Below are positions 30,925 through 41,027 of a DNA stretch of 64,000 nt, in pieces (within the stretch, counting starts at the first letter, position 1; the number at the start of each line of letters is the position of its first letter). The stretch comes from an uncultured Flavobacteriales bacterium. Its GTDB lineage: Bacteria > Bacteroidota > Bacteroidia > Flavobacteriales > BACL11. The stretch is from NCBI GenBank assembly GCA_913046315.1, contig CAJWRW010000002.1, forward strand, positions 9,246 through 73,245. Direction: 5' to 3'. The notes beneath the pieces are model-generated. The model did no database searches. It saw only the letters and a list, made by a program, of their open reading frames with translations, and had not been told where the DNA came from. The translations under genes were made by a program, and so were the position numbers.

Positions 30925-32727
30925 TTAATCATCTAATTTAAGCACGGCTAAAAATGCATTTTGAGGAATCTCTACACTACCAACTTGACGCATTCTTTTT
31001 TTACCCTTCTTTTGTTTCTCTAGCAACTTTCTTTTTCTGGTGATGTCACCTCCATAACATTTTGCTGTTACATCTTTCCTCAAAGCTTTTACCGTTTCCC
31101 TTGAAATAATTTTAGAACCAATTGCCGATTGTATAGCAATATCGAACTGTTGTCTTGGAATTAATTCCCTTAACTTTACACAAATTTTTCGACCAAAAGT
31201 ATAGGCATGATCTCTATGGATAAGTGAGGAAAGAGCATCCACTTGATCTCCATTCAGTAAAATATCCAATTTAGCCAAATTTGATTGTCTATAATCTAAA
31301 GGATGATAGTCAAATGAAGCATAGCCTCTTGAAATGGTTTTCAGTTTGTCATAAAAATCAAAAACAATTTCGCCAAGCGGCATTTCAAAAGTAAGCTCAA
31401 CCCTATCAGTTGTAAGATAGACTTGATTTTTCAACTCCCCTCTTTTTTCAATACAAAGCGTCATAATTGCGCCAACAAAATCAGCTTTAGTAATAATTTG
31501 TGCTCTAATGTAAGGCTCCTCTACATAATCTAAAACACTAGCCTCAGGCAAATCGGACGGATTATTAATCGCTGCTTTTTCTCCCTTTGTTGTATAAGCA
31601 AAATAGGAAACATTGGGCACAGTTGTAATCACTGTCATGTCAAACTCTCTCTCCAATCTTTCCTGAATAATCTCCATATGCAACATTCCTAGAAAGCCAC
31701 ATCTAAACCCAAAGCCTAGAGCGGAGGAAGATTCCGGCTCATAAGTGAGTGAAGCATCATTAAGCTGTAACTTTTCCATTGAGGCTCTTAATTCTTCATA
31801 GTCATCTGTGTCAACTGGATAAATGCCAGCAAAAACCATGGGTTTAACATCCTCAAATCCTTGAACAGCTTCTGTGGCTGGATTTTCTACAGAGGTTATT
31901 GTGTCACCAACCTTTACTTCTCTTGCATCTTTTATCCCTGAAATAATATAGCCAACCTCTCCAGTACTCATCAGTTTTTTTGGCTCTTGTTTGAATTTCA
32001 AAGCCCCAATTTCATCAGCAAAATACTCTTTACAAGTAGCGATAAATTTTACTTTATCTCCTTTTTTCAATGTACCATTTAATATTTTAAAATAGGCTTC
32101 AATTCCCCTAAAAGGATTGTAAACCGAATCAAAAATCATGGCTTGCAAAGGTTTGTTTTTATCTCCAACAGGAGCAGGTACTCTTTCTACAATGGCATCT
32201 AATATTTTCTCAATACCAGTGCCAGTTTTAGCGCTTGCCTGAATAATTTCTTCTTCTTTACAGCCAATCAAATCAATAATTTGATCGGCCACCACTTCAG
32301 GTTCAGCAGAAGGCAAATCTACCTTATTTACAATGGGTATAATTTCCAAATCGTTCTCCAATGCCAAATATAAATTGGAAATAGTCTGTGCTTGAATACC
32401 TTGGGCAGCATCAACTATTAATAGTGCTCCTTCACAAGCAGCAATGGAACGAGACACTTCATAAGAAAAATCTACATGCCCAGGAGTATCAATCAAATTG
32501 AGTGTATAACCTTTATACTCCATCTGCATTGCATGGCTTTTAATGGTAATTCCCCTTTCTCTTTCCAAATCCATATCATCTAAAAGCTGCTCTTGCGCAT
32601 CTCTTTTGGTAACCGCTCCAGTTTTTTCTAATAACCTATCAGCAAGCGTACTTTTTCCATGGTCGATATGGGCGATTATGCAAAAATTTCTAATTGTATT
32701 CATGGATTGCGAAAATATAGTTTTCAA
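30925..32727 (-). CDS. lepA: translation elongation factor 4
   Basis: G1 '[12 protein letters not shown]', 'DTPGHVDF', 'NKVDL'. C-terminal LepA-specific region. The true start may be the internal 'MNTIRNF'. Confidence 0.95.
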   Translation of the reverse strand: MKTIFSQSMNTIRNFCIIAHIDHGKSTLADRLLEKTGAVTKRDAQEQLLDDMDLERERGITIKSHAMQMEYKGYTLNLIDTPGHVDFSYEVSRSIAACEGALLIVDAAQGIQAQTISNLYLALENDLEIIPIVNKVDLPSAEPEVVADQIIDLIGCKEEEIIQASAKTGTGIEKILDAIVERVPAPVGDKNKPLQAMIFDSVYNPFRGIEAYFKILNGTLKKGDKVKFIATCKEYFADEIGALKFKQEPKKLMSTGEVGYIISGIKDAREVKVGDTITSVENPATEAVQGFEDVKPMVFAGIYPVDTDDYEELRASMEKLQLNDASLTYEPESSSALGFGFRCGFLGMLHMEIIQERLEREFDMTVITTVPNVSYFAYTTKGEKAAINNPSDLPEASVLDYVEEPYIRAQIITKADFVGAIMTLCIEKRGELKNQVYLTTDRVELTFEMPLGEIVFDFYDKLKTISRGYASFDYHPLDYRQSNLAKLDILLNGDQVDALSSLIHRDHAYTFGRKICVKLRELIPRQQFDIAIQSAIGSKIISRETVKALRKDVTAKCYGGDITRKRKLLEKQKKGKKRMRQVGSVEIPQNAFLAVLKLDD

Positions 32728-32731
32728 AACA

Positions 32732-33637
32732 TTATTGCTGAAAATTATTGCTGAAAATTACTTTTTTTGCAGCTATCTCAACTTTGGATTTCGTTCCAAG
32801 CAAAATAGCGCGATTGTCATTCAAATGTCCAGCAGGGAAACCAAAGCAAATCGGAAAATCAAATTCATTGGTATGCTCTAGAATGATTTGCTCAGCAGAT
32901 TTACCAAAAGGAATATCATTATCATTCATATCATTCATTCCACCCACTATTATTGCTCTGAGCTTTTCAAACTTTCCATTTCTTTTCAAATTCATCATCA
33001 TCCTATCAATATGATACAGATACTCATCTAAATCTTCAATAAATAATATTTTTCCAGCTGTATTGATATCAGAATTTGAGCCCAGTAAGGAATAAAATAT
33101 AGAAAGGTTTCCGCCTACAATTTCCCCTTCAGCAATGCCCAATTTATTAAAAGGGTGAGTGTCGTATTCAAGAATGCTTGTGTATCCAAAAAGGGTCTTT
33201 TTCAAACTTTCCAAAGCTTGTTTTGTGTTTGTCAAAAAATTTATTGGCATAGTGGCATGCATAGTGGCAACTCCCAAAGTATTTAAATGTGAATGCAAAA
33301 CCGTCACATCACTATATCCGATTATCCATTTAGGATTTTTGATAAGTTTTGAAAAATCAATTTTATCAATAATTTGCACAGTTCCATAGCCGCCTCTTGC
33401 ACACAAAACAGCTTTAATTGACTCATCATCTATCATTCTTTGCAAATCGGAAGTTCTTTGCAAGATATCTCCGGAAAATTGATTGTCCTCTTCAAATAGA
33501 TTAGCGCCCAACTTGATTTTTAAGCCCCAACTTTCAATTATATTTATTGCTGGCTTTAGTTCTGCTAAACTAATTTTTCGAGCAGTAGAAACAATACCAA
33601 TTGTATCGCTTTTTTTTAATTTAGGTGGAATAATCAT
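32732..33637 (-). CDS. LD-carboxypeptidase (S66 family)
   Basis: Nucleophile context '[11 protein letters not shown]'. C-terminal 'GFPAGHL' His motif. Confidence 0.85.
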   Translation of the reverse strand: MIIPPKLKKSDTIGIVSTARKISLAELKPAINIIESWGLKIKLGANLFEEDNQFSGDILQRTSDLQRMIDDESIKAVLCARGGYGTVQIIDKIDFSKLIKNPKWIIGYSDVTVLHSHLNTLGVATMHATMPINFLTNTKQALESLKKTLFGYTSILEYDTHPFNKLGIAEGEIVGGNLSIFYSLLGSNSDINTAGKILFIEDLDEYLYHIDRMMMNLKRNGKFEKLRAIIVGGMNDMNDNDIPFGKSAEQIILEHTNEFDFPICFGFPAGHLNDNRAILLGTKSKVEIAAKKVIFSNNFQQ

Positions 33638-33687
33638 TAATGTAGTTAAAAACTTATCTTTGCTAAAATAAATTTTTTCTGAGAGAA

Positions 33688-35397
33688 ATGAGCAAAAAAA
33701 GATACACAGTTACATCAGCACTTCCTTATGCAAATGGACCTTTGCATATTGGGCATATTACGGGGGCCTATTTGCCGGCGGATATCTATGTTCGATATTT
33801 GAAAGCAAAAGGACATGATGTAGTTTTTGTTTGTGGATCAGACGAGCATGGAGCTGCCATTACTTTGCGCGCGAAAAAAGAAGAAGTTTCTGCTCAAGAA
33901 ATAGTAGATAAATATCATGAAATCAATAAAAAATCATTTCAAGATTTTGGAATAGATTTTGATATTTACCATAGAACTTCAGACAAATTACATCACCATA
34001 CGGCTCAAGAATTTTTCAAAACATTAGAAGGAAAAAGTGTTTTTTCCAAGAAAACAACTGAGCAATTTTATGATAAAAAATACAAACAGTTTTTAGCTGA
34101 TAGATATATAATAGGCACCTGTCCTAAATGTGGACATGATCATGCTTATGGTGATCAATGTGAAAAATGTGGTAGTGCTTTAAGCCCTGAAGAGTTGATA
34201 AATCCTAAATCGACTTTGAGTGGAAATAGCCCAATAAAAAAAGCAACATCTCACTGGTATTTACCAATGCAGCATCATGAAAAGTGGCTGAAAGATTGGA
34301 TTGAAAAAGGAGTGCTTGATGGAGCAGATCATCACGATACAAAGCAGTGGAGAAGCCAAGTGCTTGGACAGTGCAAATCTTGGATTGATGCAGGATTGAA
34401 GGAAAGGGCAATGACAAGGGATTTGGATTGGGGCGTAAAAGTGCCTGTAGAAGATGCTGAAGGGAAAGTACTTTATGTTTGGCTAGATGCACCTATTGGA
34501 TACATTTCTGCAACAAAACAGTGGGCTGCTGATAATGGAAAAAATTGGGAAGATTATTGGAAATCAGAAGGAACTCAGTTGGTGCATTTTATTGGAAAAG
34601 ATAACATTGTTTTTCACTGTATGATTTTCCCTATTATTTTGAAAGCACATGAAGGTTATATTTTGCCTACTAATGTGCCAGCTAATGAGTTCTTAAATTT
34701 GGAAGGGGAGAAGCTATCTACTTCACGAAATTGGGCAATTTGGTTACATGAATATTTGTTAGATTTTAAAGGGCACGAAGACGCATTACGATATGTACTT
34801 TGTGCAACAGCTCCTGAAAGTAAAGATACCGATTTTACTTGGGCAGATTTTCAGGCTAGAAACAACAATGAGTTGGTTGCTGTTTTTGGGAACTTCATTA
34901 ATAGAGTGGTGGTGCTTACAAGCAAATATTGGGATGGGGTTGTCCCCTTACAAAATGAGTTAGATGCTTATGACAAAGAAGTCTTGGAAAAGCTCGAGAG
35001 CTTTCCAAACAAGATTGGAGAGGCAATTGAAAAGTTCAAATTTCGTGAAGCACTTGCTGAACTGATGAATTTAGCAAGGCTTGGTAATAAATATCTTGCT
35101 GATACTGAGCCCTGGAAATTGAAAAAAACTGATGAGGAAAAATCCGAAACCATAATGCATATTGGCTTACAAATTGCCGCATCACTAGCAATATTATCAG
35201 CTCCATTTATGCCTTTTTCATCTGATAAATTGAAAGATCTATTGGGTTTGAAAAACATCAATTGGAATGATGCAGGAACAAATTTTGTTGCTGCTGGACA
35301 CCAAATCAATAAGCCTGCTCATTTATTTCAAAAAATTGAGGATGATAAAATTGAGAAGCAAATAATAAAACTAAAAGCGAATAAGGCATTTATTTAA
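33688..35397 (+). CDS. metG: methionine--tRNA ligase (no C-terminal tRNA-binding appendix)
   Basis: 'PLHIGH' (HIGH), 'KLSTSRN' (KMSKS variant), zinc knuckles '[18 protein letters not shown]'. Confidence 0.95.
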   Translation: MSKKRYTVTSALPYANGPLHIGHITGAYLPADIYVRYLKAKGHDVVFVCGSDEHGAAITLRAKKEEVSAQEIVDKYHEINKKSFQDFGIDFDIYHRTSDKLHHHTAQEFFKTLEGKSVFSKKTTEQFYDKKYKQFLADRYIIGTCPKCGHDHAYGDQCEKCGSALSPEELINPKSTLSGNSPIKKATSHWYLPMQHHEKWLKDWIEKGVLDGADHHDTKQWRSQVLGQCKSWIDAGLKERAMTRDLDWGVKVPVEDAEGKVLYVWLDAPIGYISATKQWAADNGKNWEDYWKSEGTQLVHFIGKDNIVFHCMIFPIILKAHEGYILPTNVPANEFLNLEGEKLSTSRNWAIWLHEYLLDFKGHEDALRYVLCATAPESKDTDFTWADFQARNNNELVAVFGNFINRVVVLTSKYWDGVVPLQNELDAYDKEVLEKLESFPNKIGEAIEKFKFREALAELMNLARLGNKYLADTEPWKLKKTDEEKSETIMHIGLQIAASLAILSAPFMPFSSDKLKDLLGLKNINWNDAGTNFVAAGHQINKPAHLFQKIEDDKIEKQIIKLKANKAFI

Positions 35398-35437
35398 GAG
35401 CAATAAATAACTATATTAGCAACTCAAATTTTATATT

Positions 35438-36547
35438 ATGAAAGGACTATGTTTGTTAGCAATGGCTATTGTGAGTTCATCTTTTATTATGGCACAATGT
35501 AATGGACGTTATCAGACTGAAATTTTTACTAGTGTTACTACTACTACAGTTAACTACTCAGATGTTTTCCTGAATTCTAGTTCCCATGAAATGGATATTT
35601 ACACACCTGATGGAGATACAGAAAAAAATAGGCCGCTTATTTTATATATGCATGGAGGAACTTTTTATGCAGGATCTAAATCTAATACTGATTGTATAGA
35701 TTTTTGTAAAAGTATGGCAAAAAGAGGTTATGTCACCGCGTCTTTAAATTATAGATTAGCCAATATAATTTCGTTTATAGCAAGCAATGAAACACAATAT
35801 GAAACTGTTCTTAAAGCTGTTTCAGATGTTAAATCTGCTATTCGTTATTTTCGAAAAGATTTTGCAAATGGGGATACTTACGATATTGATCCTAACACTA
35901 TTTTTGTTGGAGGATATTCTGCAGGAGCAGTAATAGCGGTACATTTAGCTTATATTGATGCAACATCAGATCTTCCCACATCACCTATAAATGTACAATC
36001 AATCGTAAATACTTTGTCTCCAACTTATGGCCTTGAAGGTGATGCTGGTAATTATGGGTTTTCTTCATCTGTAAATGGAGTTATAAGTTTTGCAGGAGGT
36101 ATAAATGATGTTAATTGGATAGATGCTAATGACGAACCTTTGGTAAGTTTTCAGGGGACATCCGATGTCACCGTTAATTACAATTGTGGGCCAGGGCAAA
36201 ATATATCAACTATCTTGACATTATGCGGATCTGGAGAAATGCATCCACAAGCAGATAATGTTGGAGTGTTAAATGATTATTTAAGTTTTAGTGGCACAAA
36301 TCATCAGTGGGCTGCTTCTGGAAATCTTAATCCTAAATTCATGCAAGCTTTAGATTTTACAACTAATTTTTTATACCCATTACTTCCATGTAATCAAACT
36401 ACTTCAATTTCAGGTGATGCAAATCAAGAAAAAGAATTGCTTCGGATCATCGACGTATTAGGCAGAGAAGGATTTGGAAAAAAGAATATTCCGCTGCTTT
36501 ATTTTTATACAGATGGAACAGTAGAGAAAAGAATAGTTATAGATTAA
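35438..36547 (+). CDS. secreted alpha/beta-hydrolase (carboxylesterase-like) with short C-terminal sorting-type tail
   Basis: Signal peptide, oxyanion 'YMHGGTF', nucleophile elbow 'GGYSAGA'. C-terminal 'LLRIIDVLGRE...IPLLYFYTDGTVEKRIVID'. Confidence 0.8.
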   Translation: MKGLCLLAMAIVSSSFIMAQCNGRYQTEIFTSVTTTTVNYSDVFLNSSSHEMDIYTPDGDTEKNRPLILYMHGGTFYAGSKSNTDCIDFCKSMAKRGYVTASLNYRLANIISFIASNETQYETVLKAVSDVKSAIRYFRKDFANGDTYDIDPNTIFVGGYSAGAVIAVHLAYIDATSDLPTSPINVQSIVNTLSPTYGLEGDAGNYGFSSSVNGVISFAGGINDVNWIDANDEPLVSFQGTSDVTVNYNCGPGQNISTILTLCGSGEMHPQADNVGVLNDYLSFSGTNHQWAASGNLNPKFMQALDFTTNFLYPLLPCNQTTSISGDANQEKELLRIIDVLGREGFGKKNIPLLYFYTDGTVEKRIVID

Positions 36548-36549
36548 AA

Positions 36550-37026
36550 ATGAAAAGATCGCTTTTAATCTTATTTTGTTTTTCTGTACTTTTCCATTCA
36601 TGCAAGAAAGAGGAGGGTCATCAACCATATTTAATTGATAGCCTTTCTCAAAACACTCAGTTTCTTATAGAAGTTTCAGGCTTTGAAAATACAGATGGAA
36701 ATTTAGCAATTTCAATTAGTAGCAACTCAACACAATTTGATTCTGAAACTCAAACTTATAGAGATACCGTAATTAATATTGTGAGTAGTAATATGAATAT
36801 CACTATTGACGGTATTACTGCAGGCACATATGCGGTGAGCGTTTTTTATGATGAGAATCAAAATAATACACTTGATTTTGCAGGTGTTTTCGGAATTCCT
36901 CAAGAAGGGTTTGGATTTTCAAATAACCCAGATATAGGGTTTTCTAAGCCAGATTTTAATGATTGTAAATTTGTGATTGAAAATGGGCAGACCCTTGTTG
37001 TTCCAATTACTTTGGAGTATTTCTAA
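36550..37026 (+). CDS. DUF2141-family lipoprotein/secreted protein
   Basis: 'GTYAVSVFYDENQNNTLDFAGVFGIPQEGFGFSNN' is the DUF2141 core as I recall it. N-terminal signal/lipobox 'LFHSCKK'. Confidence 0.7.
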   Translation: MKRSLLILFCFSVLFHSCKKEEGHQPYLIDSLSQNTQFLIEVSGFENTDGNLAISISSNSTQFDSETQTYRDTVINIVSSNMNITIDGITAGTYAVSVFYDENQNNTLDFAGVFGIPQEGFGFSNNPDIGFSKPDFNDCKFVIENGQTLVVPITLEYF

Positions 37027-37171
37027 TTTTGTTCGTGATATGAAAAATAAACTTTGGGTACTAATTCTTATTGGTTTAGCTATTACTTTTTTAGGAGTGG
37101 TTACCAAAAAATTCTTTTTTCTTCTTCTAATATTACCTCTTACTTTATTTTATAAAAAAGAAGAATAAAAA

Positions 37172-37447
37172 TTAATCCAAAATCAACTTTTTGTCAACCG
37201 TTCCATCATCATACAAATAAAATAGTGGAATTCCTTCTTCTGCCTTGCTGGTACGCCCAAGTACATCTGTAATTTTTATCAGCTTTCTATTATTTTTTGG
37301 GCGAATATCCGCTACTCCACTTACAGTAGAATAAACATAAAACTCATATTCCGCCCTTTGCGGATTTAGCATTAGGGCATCATTATTTTCTGCACGAATG
37401 TAAAATTTTATATCATTCCCACTCCCCTGAAAAGGCAGAAGTAGAGA
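37172..37447 (-). pseudogene. 5'-truncated remnant of a T9SS-cargo gene (C-terminal sorting tail only)
   Basis: The minus-strand frame is open from 37447 to the stop at 37172. It ends '...KLIKITDVLGRTSKAEEGIPLFYLYDDGTVDKKLILD', paralogous to the esterase tail. There is no signal peptide and no upstream body. The frame runs into the yraN remnant on the other strand. Confidence 0.5.
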
Positions 37448-37678
37448 TTATTAACTTGGATTGCAATATTTTGATCTTTGTTGAAGTAAAAATTCGATCT
37501 ACAGCTTTTTTTGGAGCTCAGCAAAATTTTTTCTAAAAAACAAGAAGTGCTTTTCAAAATAGCAGCAGAAGCCTATTTAGAAGAAAATGATATTTATAAT
37601 GAAATTCGCTTTGATGTTTATGGAATAATCCTAGCTGTGCAAAAAACTAAAATTGAGCACTTTAAAGATGCATTTTAA
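37396..37678 (+). pseudogene. yraN: yraN (UPF0102 endonuclease-like), 5'-truncated and frameshifted
   Basis: Frame 1 reads '...KAEVEIINLDCNILIFVEVKIRSTAFFGAQQNFF*'. The +1 frame continues 'SKKQEVLFKIAAEAYLEENDIYNEIRFDVYGIILAVQKTKIEHFKDAF*'. Together they reproduce the YraN motifs (EIDII, VFVEVK.R, RFDV, DAF). No ATG is available upstream, and the shift sits in the T6 run at 37527-37532. Confidence 0.65.
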
Positions 37679-37708
37679 CCTTTTACATTCCCTATCTTTG
37701 CAAAAATT

Positions 37709-38485
37709 TTGATAATGGTACAAAGGGGAAAAACTTCATTCCGAAAAAAACAGAAAGCAAAAAAATCATCTTCAGATGGTTTGATAAGGCTTAACAAATA
37801 CATTGCAAATGCAGGGATTTGTAGTCGTAGGGAAGCCGACACTTTAATAGAAGCGGGAGTAGTAAAAGTAAATGGGAAAGTCATTACCGAAATGGGCTAT
37901 AAGGTAAGCCCAACAGATGAGGTGCGCTTTAATGATAGCCGATTAAAAGCCCAAACGGAAAGATACCTTCTTTTGAATAAGCCTAAAAATTACAGTGGAA
38001 GAAAGCAAAATTCTCCAAAGAAAAAAGATGTGTTTCAATTGATAAAAGGAGCATGCAAAGAAAGTATTTTGCCTACTTGCCGATTAGCTAAGAATGCAAC
38101 TGGCTTGCTGCTTTTTACCAATGATAGCTTGATGGTAAAAAAACTGAGTAATCCTAAAAAAAGAGTGAAAGAAATTTTCCATTTGCATTTGGATAAAAAA
38201 CTCTTAGCAGCAGATTTAAATAAAATTCAAAAAGGATTAACAATTAATGGAAGGAAAATCATCCCCAATCGTATTTCTTACATTGAAAATAAAGATAAAA
38301 ATGAGGTGGGTATTGAGCTAAATAGTGGAGGAGTGAAAGGTGTAAATATAATTTTTGAACAATTAGGATATAAAGTTTCCTTAATTGACAGGGTGTTTTA
38401 TGCAGGACTCACAAAGAAAGATTTACCAAGAAAAAAGTATCGTTTTTTAACGGCAGATGAAATTAATCTTTTAAAAAGAATCTAA
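37709..38485 (+). CDS. RluB/RsuA-family pseudouridine-synthase paralogue with degenerate active site
   Basis: Intact S4 domain 'RLNKYIANAGICSRREADTLIEAG'. The catalytic 'GRLD' reads 'CRLA' (Ala codon at 38087-38089). The conserved Tyr of the K/R-x-Y motif reads Phe ('KEIFHL'). 'EGRNREVRR' reads 'SGGVKGVNI'. Confidence 0.8.
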   Translation: MIMVQRGKTSFRKKQKAKKSSSDGLIRLNKYIANAGICSRREADTLIEAGVVKVNGKVITEMGYKVSPTDEVRFNDSRLKAQTERYLLLNKPKNYSGRKQNSPKKKDVFQLIKGACKESILPTCRLAKNATGLLLFTNDSLMVKKLSNPKKRVKEIFHLHLDKKLLAADLNKIQKGLTINGRKIIPNRISYIENKDKNEVGIELNSGGVKGVNIIFEQLGYKVSLIDRVFYAGLTKKDLPRKKYRFLTADEINLLKRI

Positions 38486-38543
38486 ACTTTTATATGGCTT
38501 TGCTTCAAAATTTCGTTATTGATTTTATAACAAAGGTTTACAG

Positions 38544-41027
38544 ATGAAATTGTTGATTAGAATAATAAAATTTGGAGTACTTTTTGCAGCTATTTTAGCC
38601 CTTATTGGCATTGCTTTAAGCTTACTATATGGTGAGAAAATTGAGCAATATATTCTTAAAAACATTAGACAAAAATCGCTAACCGAAATTGCTGTAAAAG
38701 ATGTCAACTTTTCGGTTTTTGAAAATTTTCCCTATGCATCTATAAAACTAACAGATGTATTGATCTTAGCAACTGAAGCTAATCAAAACGACACTTTATT
38801 GCATGTAAATCAGGGGTATTTACAATTTAATATCTTCAATTTAATAAGTAAAAAGAGAAAGCTAAGTAAAATAGTATTAATAGATAGCGAGTTAAATATA
38901 AAATACGATAAAGAGGGAAATCCAAACTTCAAAATATTTAAGCAATCAGATCAGCAAGACGAAAAAATACAATTCCATCAGATTTACTTTAGTAACTGCT
39001 TTATCAGTTATTTACATCAGCAAAATAAAATAGATATAAAAGGGAAAACAGATAAAGTATTATTACAATTTAACGAGAATCAGAAAACTAACTTTTTGGT
39101 AGAGGGCAATTTATTTATACAAAATTTATGCGTTGGAAAAACCGATTATATTCACAAAAAACAATCAAAAGTAGATGCGGAATTTGTTATTAATGATTCA
39201 GCCTTTTACATCAAAAATTCGAATATTTCTATAGAAGATGTTAACTTTAATTTGGATGGGAACATTCAAAATAGAGAATCAGAATTAAACATTAAAGTAA
39301 AAAATCAGCAACTTAAAAGCGTAATGTTACATACACCAGAAAAATTCAAAAGCATCTACAAAGCATTTACACTAGACGGAATCCTGAATTGTCATGGCAC
39401 CATAAAAGGAGTAATAAGCAAAACATCTAATCCGCATTTTAATATGGATTTTGACTTTTCAAATGCAAACTTCAATTTAAAAGAAAATCATTTTCATCTT
39501 TCTGATTTGCAGCTTAATGGAAATATCAATAATGGGAGGGCTAACAATTTTGAACAAACACTTATAAAAGTACAAAATTGTTCTGCAAAAACTCGTAAAG
39601 GCGCTCTAAGTGGCTCCTTTCAACTGAAGAATTTGAATCATTACTATCTTACAACTGATATCAATTCAACTTTAGATTTGGCTGAGGTCAATCACTTATT
39701 CAAGAGGACTCCATTTTTGAACATGAAGGGCAAGCTAATAGCCAATACTAAATATAGTGGTAATTTCGCATTTTCTTCCAAAATGAAAAACTATTTTCTT
39801 TTGGGCAATCACCTCTCAGAAGTGCAACTGAAAGATGTAGAATTTCTCTACAAAAAATTCCCTCTGCTTTTCAGCCTTCCTAATTTGAAAGGGCAAATTA
39901 TTAATGACACATTGAAACTGGAAAATAGTCTGTTTACCATAGCCGATAGTGATTTCAAATTCAATGGTAGAATTTCGAAATTTATTTCTTATTTGCTACA
40001 GGAATCTCCAAAAATTTCTATAGAAGGTGAGATGGAATCTATATATGTAAAATTTGATGAATTGATGAGCATTAAAAATATGAATGCTGAGCAAAAAAAA
40101 TCGATTTCTACACTTCCAAATTGGCTAGAAATAGATGTACAAACAACAATTGATCAGCTTAGTTATCAGTATTTTATAGCAGAACAAATTCAAGCGGGAA
40201 TTGAATACAGCAATTTTACGCTCAAAGCAAAAAAAGTAAAAATGAATACCCTTAATGGGCAAATTACAGGTGAAGCTAAATTTTATGAGCGCCCGTATAA
40301 TTATCTAAAATTAGTCACCGCAGCACATTTAGAAAAAATAAACATCCGCAATTTGTTTACTGGATTTCAGAATTTTGGGCAAGAATTCATCCAAGCCAAA
40401 CACTTAAAAGGAGAAGGAACTGCTGACATTCAGTTAAAATCGAGCTGGACTCCAGGGCTTAAATTTGATCGTGATAAATTGCAACTCAATTCTCACTTGA
40501 TTATAGAAAAAGGGGAGCTTATTTCTTTTGCCCCATTACTTAGCCTGTCATCATATGTTAGTGTAGATGAGCTAAAAGATGTCAAATTTTCCACCTTAGA
40601 AAACACCATAAAGATTGGGAATAATAATATTAATATTCCTGCAATGGAGATTAAATCATCTGCACTCTCGCTTTTTATTTCGGGAACACATAGTTTTAAT
40701 AACGAGATCGATTATCAAATAAAACTATTACTTTCGGAGCTGATATCAAAAAGAGCAAGAAAAAGAAATACCAATTTAGACAAACAATTGTTTGTTGAAG
40801 ATGATGGGCTAGGAAAAACAACATTGTACTTAAAAATGGATGGCACTGTAGATGATCCTAACATTTATTTTGATAAAATAAGTATTAAGGAAAAAATAAA
40901 AACAGAGATAAAAAAAGAAAAAGAAGAAATTAAAAAGATTGTAAAGGAAGATTTGTTTAATCAAAAAACTGATAGCACAAAAAAACAGGAAACAACAGAA
41001 GTTATTTTAGAATGGGACGATGAGTAA
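38544..41027 (+). CDS. AsmA-like large envelope protein
   Basis: A single N-terminal TM anchor, then about 780 aa of beta-rich repetitive sequence and a Lys/Glu-rich tail. The architecture fits the AsmA/TamB-like family. No catalytic motif. Confidence 0.65.
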   Translation: MKLLIRIIKFGVLFAAILALIGIALSLLYGEKIEQYILKNIRQKSLTEIAVKDVNFSVFENFPYASIKLTDVLILATEANQNDTLLHVNQGYLQFNIFNLISKKRKLSKIVLIDSELNIKYDKEGNPNFKIFKQSDQQDEKIQFHQIYFSNCFISYLHQQNKIDIKGKTDKVLLQFNENQKTNFLVEGNLFIQNLCVGKTDYIHKKQSKVDAEFVINDSAFYIKNSNISIEDVNFNLDGNIQNRESELNIKVKNQQLKSVMLHTPEKFKSIYKAFTLDGILNCHGTIKGVISKTSNPHFNMDFDFSNANFNLKENHFHLSDLQLNGNINNGRANNFEQTLIKVQNCSAKTRKGALSGSFQLKNLNHYYLTTDINSTLDLAEVNHLFKRTPFLNMKGKLIANTKYSGNFAFSSKMKNYFLLGNHLSEVQLKDVEFLYKKFPLLFSLPNLKGQIINDTLKLENSLFTIADSDFKFNGRISKFISYLLQESPKISIEGEMESIYVKFDELMSIKNMNAEQKKSISTLPNWLEIDVQTTIDQLSYQYFIAEQIQAGIEYSNFTLKAKKVKMNTLNGQITGEAKFYERPYNYLKLVTAAHLEKINIRNLFTGFQNFGQEFIQAKHLKGEGTADIQLKSSWTPGLKFDRDKLQLNSHLIIEKGELISFAPLLSLSSYVSVDELKDVKFSTLENTIKIGNNNINIPAMEIKSSALSLFISGTHSFNNEIDYQIKLLLSELISKRARKRNTNLDKQLFVEDDGLGKTTLYLKMDGTVDDPNIYFDKISIKEKIKTEIKKEKEEIKKIVKEDLFNQKTDSTKKQETTEVILEWDDE

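Noticed and set aside
33688-35397. MetRS of 569 aa lacking the C-terminal tRNA-binding/dimerisation domain.
   Set aside because: Short monomeric MetRS forms are widespread in bacteria. Without genome-wide context this is not unusual enough to flag.
36977-37168. Small ORF after the DUF2141 gene, possibly a 42-aa two-TM peptide from ATG 37040 (MKNKLWVLILIGLAITFLGVVTKKFFFLLLILPLTLFYKKEE).
   Set aside because: It is hydrophobic, but it is short, T-rich codon runs give Phe/Leu by chance, and I have no conservation evidence. Not reported as a feature.
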